From assembly GCA_963514005.1 (NCBI GenBank), contig OY740785.1, positions 103,168,001 through 103,232,000 of the forward strand: 64,000 bases of DNA, in the 5' to 3' direction. The translations under genes were made by a program, and so were the position numbers. Under the pieces are notes generated by a model that ran no database searches, was not told where the DNA came from, and saw only the letters and a program-made list of their open reading frames with translations. The stretch comes from Raja brachyura. Taxonomy: Eukaryota. This document shows positions 38,511 to 51,153 of the stretch, piece after piece; position 1 is the first letter of the stretch; every line of letters begins with the position of its first letter.

Positions 38511-38630
38511 GTACACAAAAGGCTGGAGAAACTCAGCGGGTGCAGCAGCATCTAAGGAGCGAAGGAGATAGGCGACGTTTCGGGTCGAGACCCTTCTTCA
38601 GACTGGTTAGGGATCAGGGAAATGAGAGAT
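38511..38630 (-). ncRNA. Penelope terminal segment with a minimal hammerhead core (38574-38601)
   Basis: Minus strand reads CTGAAGA A GGGT CTCG ACCC GAAAC GTC. Confidence 0.8.
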
Positions 38631-40119
38631 GGGAGTCGGCCAGAATGAGCAAGGCAGCAGATTTTCCTTTCCTTAAGGGAAGGCAATGTTGCTGACCCTC
38701 ACCAGAGATAAATTCGAAAGAAAAATGGATTTCAGGTGAAGTGTATTTAAAAAGGCTCAAAGAAAGGAGGACAAATTAATGCAGACCAATGGCAAGGGTA
38801 ATGGTAACATGAGAGTAATGGGAAGGGCACACAAGCATAATAGTGCACCCACAAATAGAGTCACGCAAGTAAAAAGTATATAAAATTAAAGATCTTTATG
38901 TGAAGTCACACAGCAACAATATAGTTGAGATTACAGCACAAACCAGATAGCCACTGTTGAGATATGGCTGCAAGGTTGCCAAGATTCAGAACTGAATTTT
39001 AGGGATATCAAATATTTTAAAAGGATAAGTAGAAAGAAAAATGAGCCAGGGTAGTCTGTTAATAATTGACGAGACCATCACTGTGGTGGGAAAAGATATT
39101 GGCTCAAAAACAAGGGCCAATACTTCACCTAGATAAATATTCATCCAGAGATCTTGGGCATGATTATCTACTGACTAAGGGTAAAGATAACTGTTATTAC
39201 TCCCACTCAGTAAGTATCTCAGTATTTTGCACTAAAAATGATGAAAAGTGGGAGCTCAAAATTGTTCTTTGTCTTTCTAATTCCACTGTAAATTATATCT
39301 GAAAAGGAAAAAAACCTTGAATATTCAATTTGCCTGAGATCCCCAGGAAAAATAATAGCAAAATGCTTTTTGATTAAACCAGCTTTCTCCAGTTGCATTA
39401 TACTAAATCACAGAATGCAAATGAATGCAACTAAGGAGGTACCAATGTGGTATGAACTCTTTGTACAGTGCCCTCCATAATGTTTGGGACAAAGAACCAT
39501 CGTTTATTTATTTGCATCTGTACTCCACAATTTGAGATTTGTAATTAAAATAAAAATCACATGTGGTGAAAGTGCACATTGTCAGATTTTAATAAGGCCA
39601 TTTTTAAGGCAATGTTTATACATTTTTGTTTCACCATGTAGAAACTAGAGCAGTGTTTATACATAGTCCCCCTCATTTCAGGGCACCAGAATGTTTGGGA
39701 CACAGCAATGTCATGGAAATGAAAGTAGTCATGTTTAGTATTTTGTTGCATATCCTTTGCTTGAAGTCTGTGATTTATGGATATCACCAGTTGCTAGATG
39801 TCTTCTTTGGTGATGCTCTGTCATCTTTAGCTTATGCTTGTTTTGGGGGCTAGTCCCCTTCAATTTTCTCTTCAGCATATAAAAGACATGCTCAATTGGA
39901 TTCAGATCAGGCGATTGGCTTGGCCACTCAGGAGTTGACCATTTTTTAGCTTTGAAAAACTCATTTGTTGCTTTAGCAGTATGTTTGGGATCATCGTCTT
40001 GCTGTGGAATGAACCGCCAACCAATGAGTTTTGAGGCATTTGTTTGAACTTCAGATAGGATGAATTCATTATGCTACTACCATCTGCAGATGTATCATCA
40101 ATGAAGATAAGTGTGCCAG

Positions 40120-42837
40120 TGTAACGGCACCTAATGGTGGCCGGGGAATCACAAACCCTCGCATTTGGCTAGCGCGGTCATGTGATCGTGGGACTGTTTT
40201 GGCAGGTTTTTGGTATAGCATTCATTCAAGCTCCACCCTGATGGAAGGAGCTTCATATTTTTGGCTGTTCTAAACACGTTTGAGTAAATCAACGGTCGTA
40301 GCCCAACCGTTGCTGGCCGCCGATTTCCTTCTGGCCTTTTCGCTACTGGTGGACCTGCACCCCCTGGCCCACGGTACCTCCCAGCCCGCAGCTGAGCGTG
40401 GTAGCCAACGGAGATGGCCCATATGCCTCCCTGCTCGCCGAGTTCCCGGGGCTTCTCACCCCCCATTTTCGTGCGACCACCCTTACGTTCAGGGTGGTGC
40501 ACCATATTCCCACCGTGGCCCCCCCAAATGCGTGCACGGGTGCGCAGGCTTCCGCCTGGCAAGCTGCGGATTGCTAAAGAGGAGGTCAGACAGATGGAGG
40601 ACATGGGAATCGTGCGGCACTCAGATAGACCTTGAGCATCCCCATAGCACATGGTCCCCAACAAAGCATCTGGGGGGTGGAGACGCTGCGAGGATGATCG
40701 GCGCTTGAACGTCGTTATGACCGCGGACCGCTACCCAGTCCCACATATCCAGGATTTCATGGCCCATCTGGAGGGTGCCACCTTTTTCCCCCAAGGTGGA
40801 CCTGGTTCGCGGCTACCACCAGATTCCCGTTCACCCTGACAACGTGGCTAAGACCACCACCATCACCCCGTTTGGCCTTTGAGTGGCTGCGCATGCTGTT
40901 TGGTTTAGAGAATGCCACACAGGCTTTGGACATGATGGGCCAGGGGTTAGAGTTTGTATTCATCTACCCAGACAACATCCCGGTTGCCAGCCGCTCCCAA
41001 CAGGAACACTACACGCACCTACGGGCGCTGTTCCAGCGGCTCTAGGAGCACAGACTGTTAATCAACCCCGCTAAGTGCCAGTTTGGCCTGCTCTACATTT
41101 CATTCCTGGGGCATCATGTCACCTTGCAGAGCGCAACCCCGTTACCCACCAAGGTGGAGGCCATTTGGCCGTTCCCTCGGCCGCTCACCATCAAGGGGCT
41201 GCAGGAGTTTGTCGGCACGGTGAACATTTATCATCGTTTTGTGCCAGCAGCTGCCAGGATCATGCGCCCTCTGTTTCAGTGCCTCGCTGGTAAGCCACGG
41301 GACCTCGTGTGGACCGCCAAGGCTGGAGCTGCTTTCGATGGTGCGAAGGACGCGTTGGCCAAAGCCACCATACTGGTGCACCCGCGGGCCACCCCCTCAA
41401 TTGCCCTCACAATAGATGAGTTTGATTCAGCTGTTGGAGGGGTGCTTGAACTGACAGCCGCTGGCCTTTTTCAGCCCACATCTGCACCCCCCGGAGCGCA
41501 GCTACCGCACCTTCGGCCGGGAGCTCATTGCCCTGTACCTGGCTATCTGGCATTTTCAGTATTTTCTGGAGAGCAGGCCCTTCAAGGCTATCACTGTCCA
41601 CAAGCCCCTGACGTTAGCCTTGGCCAAGGCGTCCAACCCCCGGTCTGCCCAGCAGCAGCGTACCTGGCGTTCGTGTCCGAATTCACCACGGCATGTGGCC
41701 AGTAAGCTGAACATGGTTGCCGATGCTCTGTCCCGCCCTGCCCTCCCGCCCTGCCCTGTCCCAGTGTGGATCATGCGGGGCTAGCCAAGGCACAGCGCAC
41801 GGGTGACGAGATGGACAGTGGACGGCCACTTCCGGGTTGTGGTTGGCCGACATCCCTTTCGGCTCAACAGGAGTGTCGGTCCTTTGTGATGTGTCCACCG
41901 GGAGACCACGTCCAATTGTCCCCGTGGGTTGGCGGCGTCGGGTTTTCGATGGCATCCATGGCCTGGCCCACCCTTCCATCCAGGCGACTTCTGCGCTGGT
42001 GGCGGACAAATTCGTCTGGCAGGGCCTCCGTAAGCAGGTCGCGGCTTGGGCCAGAGCCTGTATCCCCTGCCAGACGTCGAAGGGCCAGCGTCATGTGCGG
42101 GCGCTGGTACAAGAATTTGTGGTTACCTCTGGCTGTTTCCGGCACATCCACGTGGATCTGGTGGGTCCATTGCCGCCATCTCATGGTGCCACGCATCTAC
42201 TCACCATCGTGGATCATTTTACGAGGTGGCCTGAGGTAATTCCGCTGACTGACACCTCCGCCACGTCTTGTTCTCGGGCTCTCGTGGCCCATTGGATTGT
42301 TCATTTTGGGGTGCCTGCGGACATTTCCACCGTCCGGGGGGCCCAGTTCACTTCCGCTTTGTGGGCGGCTCTGACGTAGCTGTATGGGGGCGCAGTTGCG
42401 ACACACCACCGCTTATCACCCAGGCCAACGGGTTAGTGGAACGTTTCCACCGGCATCTGAAATTGGCGCTGAAGGTACGGTTCACTGGTCTGGACTGGGT
42501 GGACCAGTTGTCTTGGGTGTTGTTGGGCATCCGTACGGCCCCAAACGCGGACCTGGATACGTCGTCCGCTGAGCTAGTGTATGGCTCTCCGTTGCGGGTA
42601 CCCGGGGATTTCTTTTCTGTGGCTCGGGGGCAGCCGGAGCCTGCCTTGGCCATTTTGGCGAGTCTCCAGGAGAAAGTGAGCGGCCTGCCCCTGTTTCTCC
42701 CTCGCGGCATGCAACAGCCCCAGTGTATGTGCCACCAGACCTTAAGAACTGCCTGTTCTAAACGCGTTTGAGTAAATCACTTTATTGTCGTTTAAAATTA
42801 AGAATTTTACCTTAATCAATCGTCTTGACTCACCAAA
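40120..42837 (+). mobile_element. Gypsy LTR retrotransposon, deleted and decayed pol (RT, RNase H, integrase)
   Basis: TG start, 4-bp TSD CCAG (40116-40119, 42838-42841). DRYPVPHIQDF, LQEFVGTVNIYHRF, HGLAHP..CIPCQ (HHCC), HVDLVGPLP, NGLVERFHR. Confidence 0.9.
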
Positions 42838-42847
42838 CCAGTACCTT

Positions 42848-43051
42848 CTCTGCCTCAGAGAGCGGTGGAGGCAGGTTTTCTGGATGCTTTCAAGAGAGAG
42901 CTAGATAGGGCTCTTAAAAATAGTGGAGTCAGGGGACATGGGGAGAAAGCAGGAACGGGGTACTGATTGGGGGTGATTAGCCATGATCACATTGTATGGC
43001 GGTGCTGGCTCGAAGGGCCGAATGGCCTACTCCTGCATCTATTGTCTATTG
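42848..43051 (+). mobile_element. CR1 3' end inserted in the Tc1
   Basis: FKRELDRAL coding end and tattgtctattg tail; Tc1 sequence resumes at agcagccatac. Confidence 0.88.
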
Positions 43052-45295
43052 AGCAGCCATACATGCCCAGGCCATAATTCCCCACCACCGTGTTTCACAG
43101 GTGAGGTGGTATGCTTTGGATCTTGGGCAGTTCCTTCACTCCTCCATACTTTGCTCTTGCCATCACTCTGGTGGAAGTTAATCTTCGTCTCATCTGTCCA
43201 CAGTAACTTTTTTTCCAGAACTGCGGTTGCTCTTTGATGTACTTCTTGGCAATCTGTAACCTGGCCATCCTATTTTTGCCCTTAACCAGTGGTTTGCATC
43301 TTGCAGTGTAGCCTCTGTATTTATGTTCATGAAGTCTTCTGCGGACAGGGGTCATTGACAAATCCACACCTGACTCCTGAAGTGTTTCTGATCTGTCGGA
43401 CAGGTGTTTGGGAATTTTTATTTATTATAAAGAGAATTCTTCTGTCATCAGCTGTGGAGATCTTCCTTGGCCTGCCAGTCCTTTTGCGATTTGTAAGCTC
43501 ACCAGAGCTCTCTTACTTCTTAATGATGTTCCAAACTGTTGAATTTTGGTAAGCCTAAGGTTGAGCTGATGTCTCTAACAGTTTTATTCTTGTTTCTCAG
43601 TCTCATAATGGCTTCTTTGACTTTCATTGGCACAACTTTGGCCCTCGTGTTGATAAACAGCAATAAAAGTTACCAAAGGTGATGGAAAGACTGGAGGAAA
43701 GACTAGGTGCTGAGAGCTCACTTATACCTCCATTAAGCAGACAATTAAACACACCTGACCAATTACTGTGAAGCCATGTGTCCCAAACATTATGGTGTCC
43801 TGAAATGGGGGGAGTCTGTATAAACACAGCTGTAATTTCTACATGGTGAAACCAAAATGTATAACAATGGCCTTTAATAAAATCTGACAATGTGCACTTT
43901 AACCACGTAATTTTTAATATTACAAATCTGAAAATGTGGAGTACAGAGGCAAGTAAATATATGATGGGTCTTTGCCCCGAACATTATGGAGGGCACTGGA
44001 TTTGCTTGGAGAGCAGAACATGAATTAATCAGCGTCAAAGAAAATGCTTTCTTTCAAACAATGTTTTGGTTAGCAGGATGCACATCCAGTCTTTACTGCA
44101 ATAGCTCAAATTCATTGTGCATCTCCGTTTCCAACCTAAGACAAACAAATCCCTGCTTCTTAAGCAGAGCATCACCTCCTGTTTTTTTAATATATAGATT
44201 GAGCTGTGGGAATTGGCTTGATTTCATTATTTTTCCTTTATTTACAATACTCACAGAGGCTTTGTTCACCCTGGGAAGATCCCTTGGAGCCCACCTCGAA
44301 GCAGATTGCTTGACTGTGATCTGACTTTTCATGCATTTTTCAATTTAAGTGTAGCCTCCACCACCTTATTCATTTCTCAAGCAAAGTGCAAGTCATTCTT
44401 AATTAAGCTTGTGAAAATATGGAAAACTGAAAATTGTACCAGACCCAAACCGGTTTGGAATGCAACAAGGAAAATTGTTGTTTTTGATTCTGATATTTAA
44501 AGCTTGAATGTGCATCAGAGCTAAAGCTCTAAGTGTGTCTGTGCAATTAATTAGGTTTATTACGATTTTCGAAACTCAGGTGGATAAAAGGTAAACATAC
44601 AGATCAGCATGGTAAAATGGGCTCGAAGAGCTAAATTGTGTCATGTGTCCCATATTAACTAACATATGTTACTGTTATTATAATAAAAAAAGCACTTGCA
44701 GAGCTTGTTTACTTTGTCTGTTACATCTACCAAGAAATCCGGTGCGTCATGCATTGCTAGACTGCAATGTGCTGATGTTGCAGCATATATTTGTACAGGG
44801 GGAAAGATATAATTACTTTCATTAAACAACTAAGCTAACCTCCGAAATCCGACACGTATACCTGGCAGACAACGCAGTTTCTGTGTAGTCCCATAAACTA
44901 CATCAAACTCATGAAATTCAATTTAAAGTTAAACATTGCACTGCAAGTAGATTTTATTTTTACAAGTGGTGTTTTCACTTGGCAGAATGCCTTTTTAATA
45001 CATTTAAGAGAGACTTAATTGTTTTTCTAAATTACTTTCAGACCCGAGGTTACCTTTGGAAAAATAACTCGCTGGTTGCTTCAAGAAACTGACCTTTATC
45101 TCCTCCAGTTCCTGCTTTCTCATCTCTTTCTTTCCCTAAAGGACTGAACTGTTTTGACTTCCAAAGGAACTGGAAATTCTCACTAAAACAGCCTTATGTT
45201 CTCAATGTGCCAAGCAACGAGTTCTACTTATTTGAGATTAACAGCGCAGAACAATTTTCAGAATTGTCAATATCAATCTGAGCAAAATAAAGAGG

Positions 45296-47036
45296 GGAAG
45301 GTGACTGACAGATTCCACTTCTTACTATCCGGAACTGCCATTCCCGCCATCACTGAGCAACCTGTCAAGAGTTTGGGGAAGGTTTTTGACGAAACTCTGA
45401 AAGACTCTGCCGCCATTCAAAAGTCCATCAAAGACCTTGAAGCCTGGCTCACCAAAGTCGACACGTCAGGTCTGCCAGGCAGATTCAAGGCCTGGATTGA
45501 TCAGCATTCCATCTTGTCCCGAGTCCTGTGGCCTCTGCTGGTTTACGCTGTTCCATTGACCACAGTTGAGTCCCTCGAAAGGAAGATCAGCAGCTTTCTC
45601 CGCAGGTGGCTTGGCCTTCCACGCAGACTCAACAGTGCAGCACTGTATGGGACCAGCAGCTCCCATTCAGTGGCCTCACGGAAAAGTCCATGGTGGCGCG
45701 AACAAGAGAAGCTCTGCAGTACAGGGACTCCAGGGACCAGGAGGTGTCATCGGCTAGCATCAGGGAGGAAATAGAGAGCGGAGAAAGCAGTGGAGGTGGC
45801 AGAGTCACGCCTAAGGCTAAAGGCATTGGCAGAGCAGGATTGGGATACTTCCCTAAAACACCGGTTGGCAAGGCCCGGAGCAAGGAGAGACGCCATCTAA
45901 TCCAGGAAGAGGTCCGAGCAGGTGTGGAGGAAGAGTGGGGGAGCAGTACGCTGGGGCTCAGGCAGCAGGGAGTGTGGACAAGGTGGGGAAGCATACCGCA
46001 GCACAGGATTACCTGGTCAAACATCATGCAGGCAGACTTCCAGCACGTCCGGTTCCTTGTCCAAGCTGTCTACGATGTCCTACCAAGCCCTGCAAACGTC
46101 CACATCTGAGGCAAGAGCGAGACACCTTCCTGCCCACTTTGCTCTGGAAAAGGATCATTAGAACATCTCCTCAGCAGCTGCCCAAAGTCTCTTGGGGAAG
46201 GTTGCTATCGGTGGCGCCATGACCAGGTGCTCAAGGTGGTTGCTGAGAGCATAGCTACTGCCTTCGGTAAAATGAAACACCACCACTACCCACCCTAAAA
46301 AAATCGATCACTTTTGGAGCTGGAGAGAAGCACCGACCACAACCAAAAACAAGGACGGGCCTCCTCTACATAGCCACTGACTGGGCAAACAGCTGAGATT
46401 TCCACAGCACATCACAGCAACATCACTCCGGCCAGACATGATCATCACCTCCGAAGTGACAAAACAGCTGATCATTCTGGAGCTGACAGTGCCCTGGGAA
46501 GAGCGTATTCAAGAGACTAATGAGAGGAAACGGACAAAGTACCAGGAACTGGTGGAGATGTGCCAGGACAGAGGCTGGAAGACATACTATGAGCCCATAG
46601 AGGTGGGCTGTAGAGGCTTTGCAGGACGCTCACTCTGCAAAGTCCTCAACCAGTTGGGCATTACACGGCTGGCAAAGAAGAGGTGCTCTTTTCACAAAGT
46701 GAATGTCTGTGCATTCAATCCGCAAGCGAAGCTGCAGAGAAAGCCACTAGGGGTACGAAAGGCTGGAGAAACTCAGTGGGTGCAGCAGCATCTAAGGAGC
46801 GAAGGAGATAGGCGACGTTTCGGGTCGAGACCCTTCTTCAGCCACTAGGTGGCTTTGGATTAAGAGGGCTGATCCGTGGGCTGTTGCTGCTGGGACGCAA
46901 GTTGGGGCCTGATCAACCTCGGCTGGATCGCCTGGGCGATGGGTGTCTGATGTTGTGAGACCCTAAACTGCCTATGACCCCAGATCACATCACTGAGAAT
47001 TCGTCCCAGCGCATCTAGAAGATGTATCTTTCACAC
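45296..47036 (+). mobile_element. HERO-clade (R2-group, REL endonuclease) non-LTR retrotransposon, 5'-truncated
   Basis: KAWIDQHSILSRVLWPLL, CCHC knuckle CPLC..EHLLSSC, RWRHDQVL, RPDM..ILELTVPWEE, PIEVGCRGF. Confidence 0.88.
46752..46841 (-). ncRNA. ~90-bp Penelope-derived insert with a minimal hammerhead core (46814-46841)
   Basis: CTGAAGA A GGGT CTCG ACCC GAAAC GTC. Perfect 10-bp TSD agccactagg (46742-46751, 46840-46849). Confidence 0.85.
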
Positions 47037-48342
47037 CGTTGACTAGAACCATGGATTAATTTGGCTGTGGGAGCTAAAGGAACTACTCAATTGTCTATCT
47101 CGATGCTAACATATGAAAGGTTTTTTCTGACAGACTGTCTGGAAGGTTAAAGATAAGATCTTCAGCCTTTAAGAAGGTGTTGTAAACCTCAAAAGCTGTA
47201 GGTTTATTTCACCTCAGTGAAGATAGAAGAGAAGGATGTTAAATAATGAAAAAACTGTATAGCAGGAAAGGCATTTGGTCAACTCAAATTAGTAAGAGAC
47301 AATCCAGAGCAAAACCCAAAGTCCTGGAGGAACTCAGCTCTGTTGGTTAAGTGTTCTTTTCACAAAGTGAATGTCTGTGCATTTATTAATTATCTTTATT
47401 ACAATTTTTAAAACTCAGGTGGATAAAAGGTAAAGGTACAGATCAGCACAGCCCTTTTAAAGTGGTAAAACAAGCTCGAAGAGCTAAATTGTGTCATGTG
47501 TCACACATCATTGACATAGGATCAGGCAACAACTGGGGAGGGAATGGACAGTCGACCTTTCCTCGGAGGAAGATTGTCCACCCATATGTCTTCCTCTTCC
47601 ACTGCTCTTCAACTAAGTGTTGATTGTGTGTCGGAGGCCAATTAGTTACAAGACTGAGTTCTGCAAACAGAATTGGAACAAATCCTCCCTCTACCCAATC
47701 TTTAAGGGTAAGTGCAACAGGGTAAAACCCACCTTTATCCATCAGCACACCAGAGAAGGTGTCCTTGGTTTTTCAAAGATTTGACAACTTCAAAGGCATC
47801 TCTGAATCAACAAGCAAGACGTAGCAACAGCCTTTGAAGGCAGCTATTCAGTGATCAAACTTCAAAGTAGTCCACAGGCAGCCAGGCCCTTGGAGGTAAG
47901 AGACCAAAAACCAAAATGTTAAAAGCAACATATTGAGTTTTAATGGATTGCTGAAAGAAAAAAAGATATAAAGTCCAAATTAAAAGAGGGAAAATTTAAG
48001 GAATTCTTGCCAAGAAAAACTTGGAAGAACCAGAAGCCAGATGAAAAAGTGCTTACCATATTCAAGAAATTATAGCAAAATTAAGGTGATATATATATAT
48101 GTAATATTTCAATATATATATATTTTAATAATATTTTTATTTATTAGAAGCAAATGTACAAGAGTAGAAAAAACGACATATGAAATAGTGATAGCTCAGA
48201 ACAGGCTTCTGAAGTACCTAGAGTGATCAGTTCCGTGACGGGATCCAATTTTATATATCACCTTATGATATCTTGAAATATTATTAAAATATATATATAT
48301 ATTATATATATATATATATTTTAATAATATTTCAAGATATAT

Positions 48343-50068
48343 TAATATTTCAATATATATATATTTTAATAATATTTTTATTTATTAGAAGCAAATGTAC
48401 AAGAGTAGAACAAACGACATATGAAATTATACAGTTATTGTACAGCTTCAATTGTGACTCTTTAGCTTTGAATTAGAAGAAAAAAAGAGAAAGAGCAAGA
48501 AAGAGAGATGTGCAAAGATAGGACCCCTAGACTACCAACGTAGTGTAGCCAAAGAGTGGGTAAAAGAAAGAAAGAAGAGAGGAATAGGAAAAAAAAGGAC
48601 AAAAAGAAAAAGAGGGAGAAAAGTGGTGGTATACCTGCCTCTCGTCCGTCCCCACCCACCTCACCCAACCCATAGTTAGATTTAAATCCAAAGTTGAGTT
48701 GTGCCATACTATCCTTGTAAGAAATCGATGAAGGGTGTCCATGTCTTGGAAAAATGATCTGGTTTTTCTGCCAAGACACGTCCAATATTTTCAAGATGTA
48801 TTGTCTAGGACATGTTTATAATCCACATCTTAAGAGTAGGGACTGATGTATGTTTCCAAAATTTAAGTATTAGTTTTTTCGCCATAATCAGGCCATAATT
48901 AAGAAAACGTCTTTGAAATAGTGATAGCTCAGAACAGGCTTCTGAAGTACCTAGAGTGATCAGTTCCGTGACGGGATCCAATTTTATTTTTAGTGTTTTA
49001 GGAAAAAAATTAAAAATTACACTCCAGAAATTAAGTGACTTTATACAAGAGGCAAAGGAATGGGTTATAGTTGCATCCTGAAGGAGACATTTATCACAAA
49101 TAGGAGATACATTTGGAAAGATCTTATTCAGTTTAGACTTTGAATAATAGAGTCTGTGCAGTATTTTAAATTGTATTAACGAATGCCTAACGTTGAGAGA
49201 ACAGTTATGTATGTATAGAAGGCTTTCCTCCCATCTGTCTTTTAACATTTTTAGGCCAAGTTCATCTTCCCAAGCTCTTCTAATTACTTCTGATGATGGG
49301 ATTATATATTTAAAAGGGTATTATACAGATATGATATTAACTTGTTTGAATCCGAGTTTCTATTCATACATTCGTCTGGTGTGTCTGGCAATATATATTG
49401 ATAGTCTTGGATATATGATGTCAGATAGTCTCGTATTTGAAGATATCTAAAGTATTGGCTACCTTTCAGATGATATTTCAACTGTAATTCTTGAAATGAG
49501 AGAAGAGTTCCCATCTCATAAAGATCTCCCAGTTTTGTTAATTCCTAATCTTTCCCAATGTGTGAACGTTTTGTCTAAAATAGATGGCTTGAACAAAGGG
49601 TTGTTGGCAATTGGCGAGAGAAGAGATAAATTTCTCAGTTTAAGGGTTGACTTCACTTGTTTCCTGATTCGTAGGGTACTGTGGATAATCGCATTTTTCT
49701 CATATAGTGTTTTCTTCAAATTTATTGGAGAAGAATCGCGCCTATATTAAAAGACGAACAATCCTCTCTCTCCATTATTAACCATTTTACCTGTTGACGT
49801 GCGTTGTCCATCCAATAGATTACGTTTTTAATATTTGTTGCCCAGTAATAGTATAAAAAATTCGGTAGAGCCAATCCGCCAATTTCTTTGGGTTTACATA
49901 GATGTCGTTCATGGATCACAATAATAATCACAAATAAGGTTTGTGATCAGAGAGTCAAGTTTTTTTTTTAAATGTTAGGAAGATAAATTGGTATTGATTG
50001 AAATAAGTACGGGATTTGATTGAAATAAGTACAGGATTTGTGGAAGGAAGATCATCTTTATGGCATTT
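48343..50068 (-). mobile_element. L1-clade LINE, 3' part of ORF2 plus UTR, with a rearranged tail
   Basis: GGLALPNFLYYYWA, FRYLQIRDY, LIQFKILHRLYY, CDKC..THSF..C (CCHC). Confidence 0.88.
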
Positions 50069-50339
50069 AAGATATTTCAATTAAGATAATATAGTAATAA
50101 CATTGACACCTCAGTGAATACATTATTTAATTTTTATTTTGAAACTTTAAAATGGTGTAATAGTGTAAAATAGTTTAAAATAGTCATTTTAAAGTTAACA
50201 TGAGGGTAGAATTCTGTATAATACTTCTCAATCCATTTAATATTAAAGTGTACCTCAGTTTGTCATAAGGAGGTGAGGTCATAAACAAAAGCCTCAGTCC
50301 TTTGATAGTGCGGCTACCTCATATTAATCAGTTGACTCT

Positions 50340-50560
50340 GTTGAGGAGGTCATATTGTTCAGGTGCCTGGCACCAGACCCCTAATAAAGATTCTCTGTTC
50401 TTTGTCACAAGAACAGATTTCCTGGCGGACAGTGGAAAATATTCGAGGATGTTGTCAAAGCATTCTTGAAAAACGTATATGCCCTCCAAAGACAGGGAAA
50501 TCTGGATTTCAAACAATGATAGGCTAGAGTACAGGAAGGCGACATATAATTCTCATATGC
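50340..50560 (+). mobile_element. Old RTE fragment
   Basis: RFPGGQWKIFEDVVKAFLK resembles the RTE/BovB GGQRKRFKD motif. Confidence 0.5.
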
Positions 50561-51153
50561 TATGGGTGTTGTCTCAATCTCCCAACCTACCTCACTGTGC
50601 ATCTTTAAAAAAAATAAATAGGCACTTTGTAACCTTGATAATATAATACTGTAACACCATATTCTGCACTATTATTTTTTTTTAGTTTAGTTTATTATTT
50701 TCACTTGTACCAGGTACAGTGAAGAGCTATTTTTCTCTTAGCACTACCAGTTGTACTTGCGTATGGCTTCATTATACTCATATGTAGTATTATTTGACCA
50801 CATGTTTGTCACTGTACCTTGGTATACATGGTAATATAAACAAATATCAATTATCTAAACTCTATGCCTTCCTCAACTGAAGAAAATGGTTCCTTCCTGT
50901 TGCACCTGACACTCTCAACATTTTGGATCCAACACCCTCATTGAACATCATGGCACTATTTTTCACACCAGTTTGCCGTACAAAACCTAAATAAAATTAA
51001 GACAGACAGCATCAAATGCGCAAGCCTTATTGGCCCACTTTGTTAACACCTCAAAATATCTCAATCAAGATTTAGTCAAACATATCCTTCCCTACCATAT
51101 ACTGCTTTCTAATCAATGTTTTTTACTCAAAAAGAGATAAAGTGCTAAAGTAA

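Larger units (their letters stand above)
39466..43998 (-). mobile_element. Tc1 transposon (IR/DR type, ~1.6 kb without inserts), split by Gypsy and CR1 insertions
   Basis: TIRs cagtgccctccataatgtt / aacattatggagggcactg (~230 bp). TA on the left, GA on the right. ORF 43095..43367 VRRRLHE..YTARCKPL..RMARLQIAK. Confidence 0.9.

Noticed and set aside
47520-47900. Coding-looking plus-strand segments ending in gtaag donors
   Set aside because: The frames checked contain stop codons before the donors.
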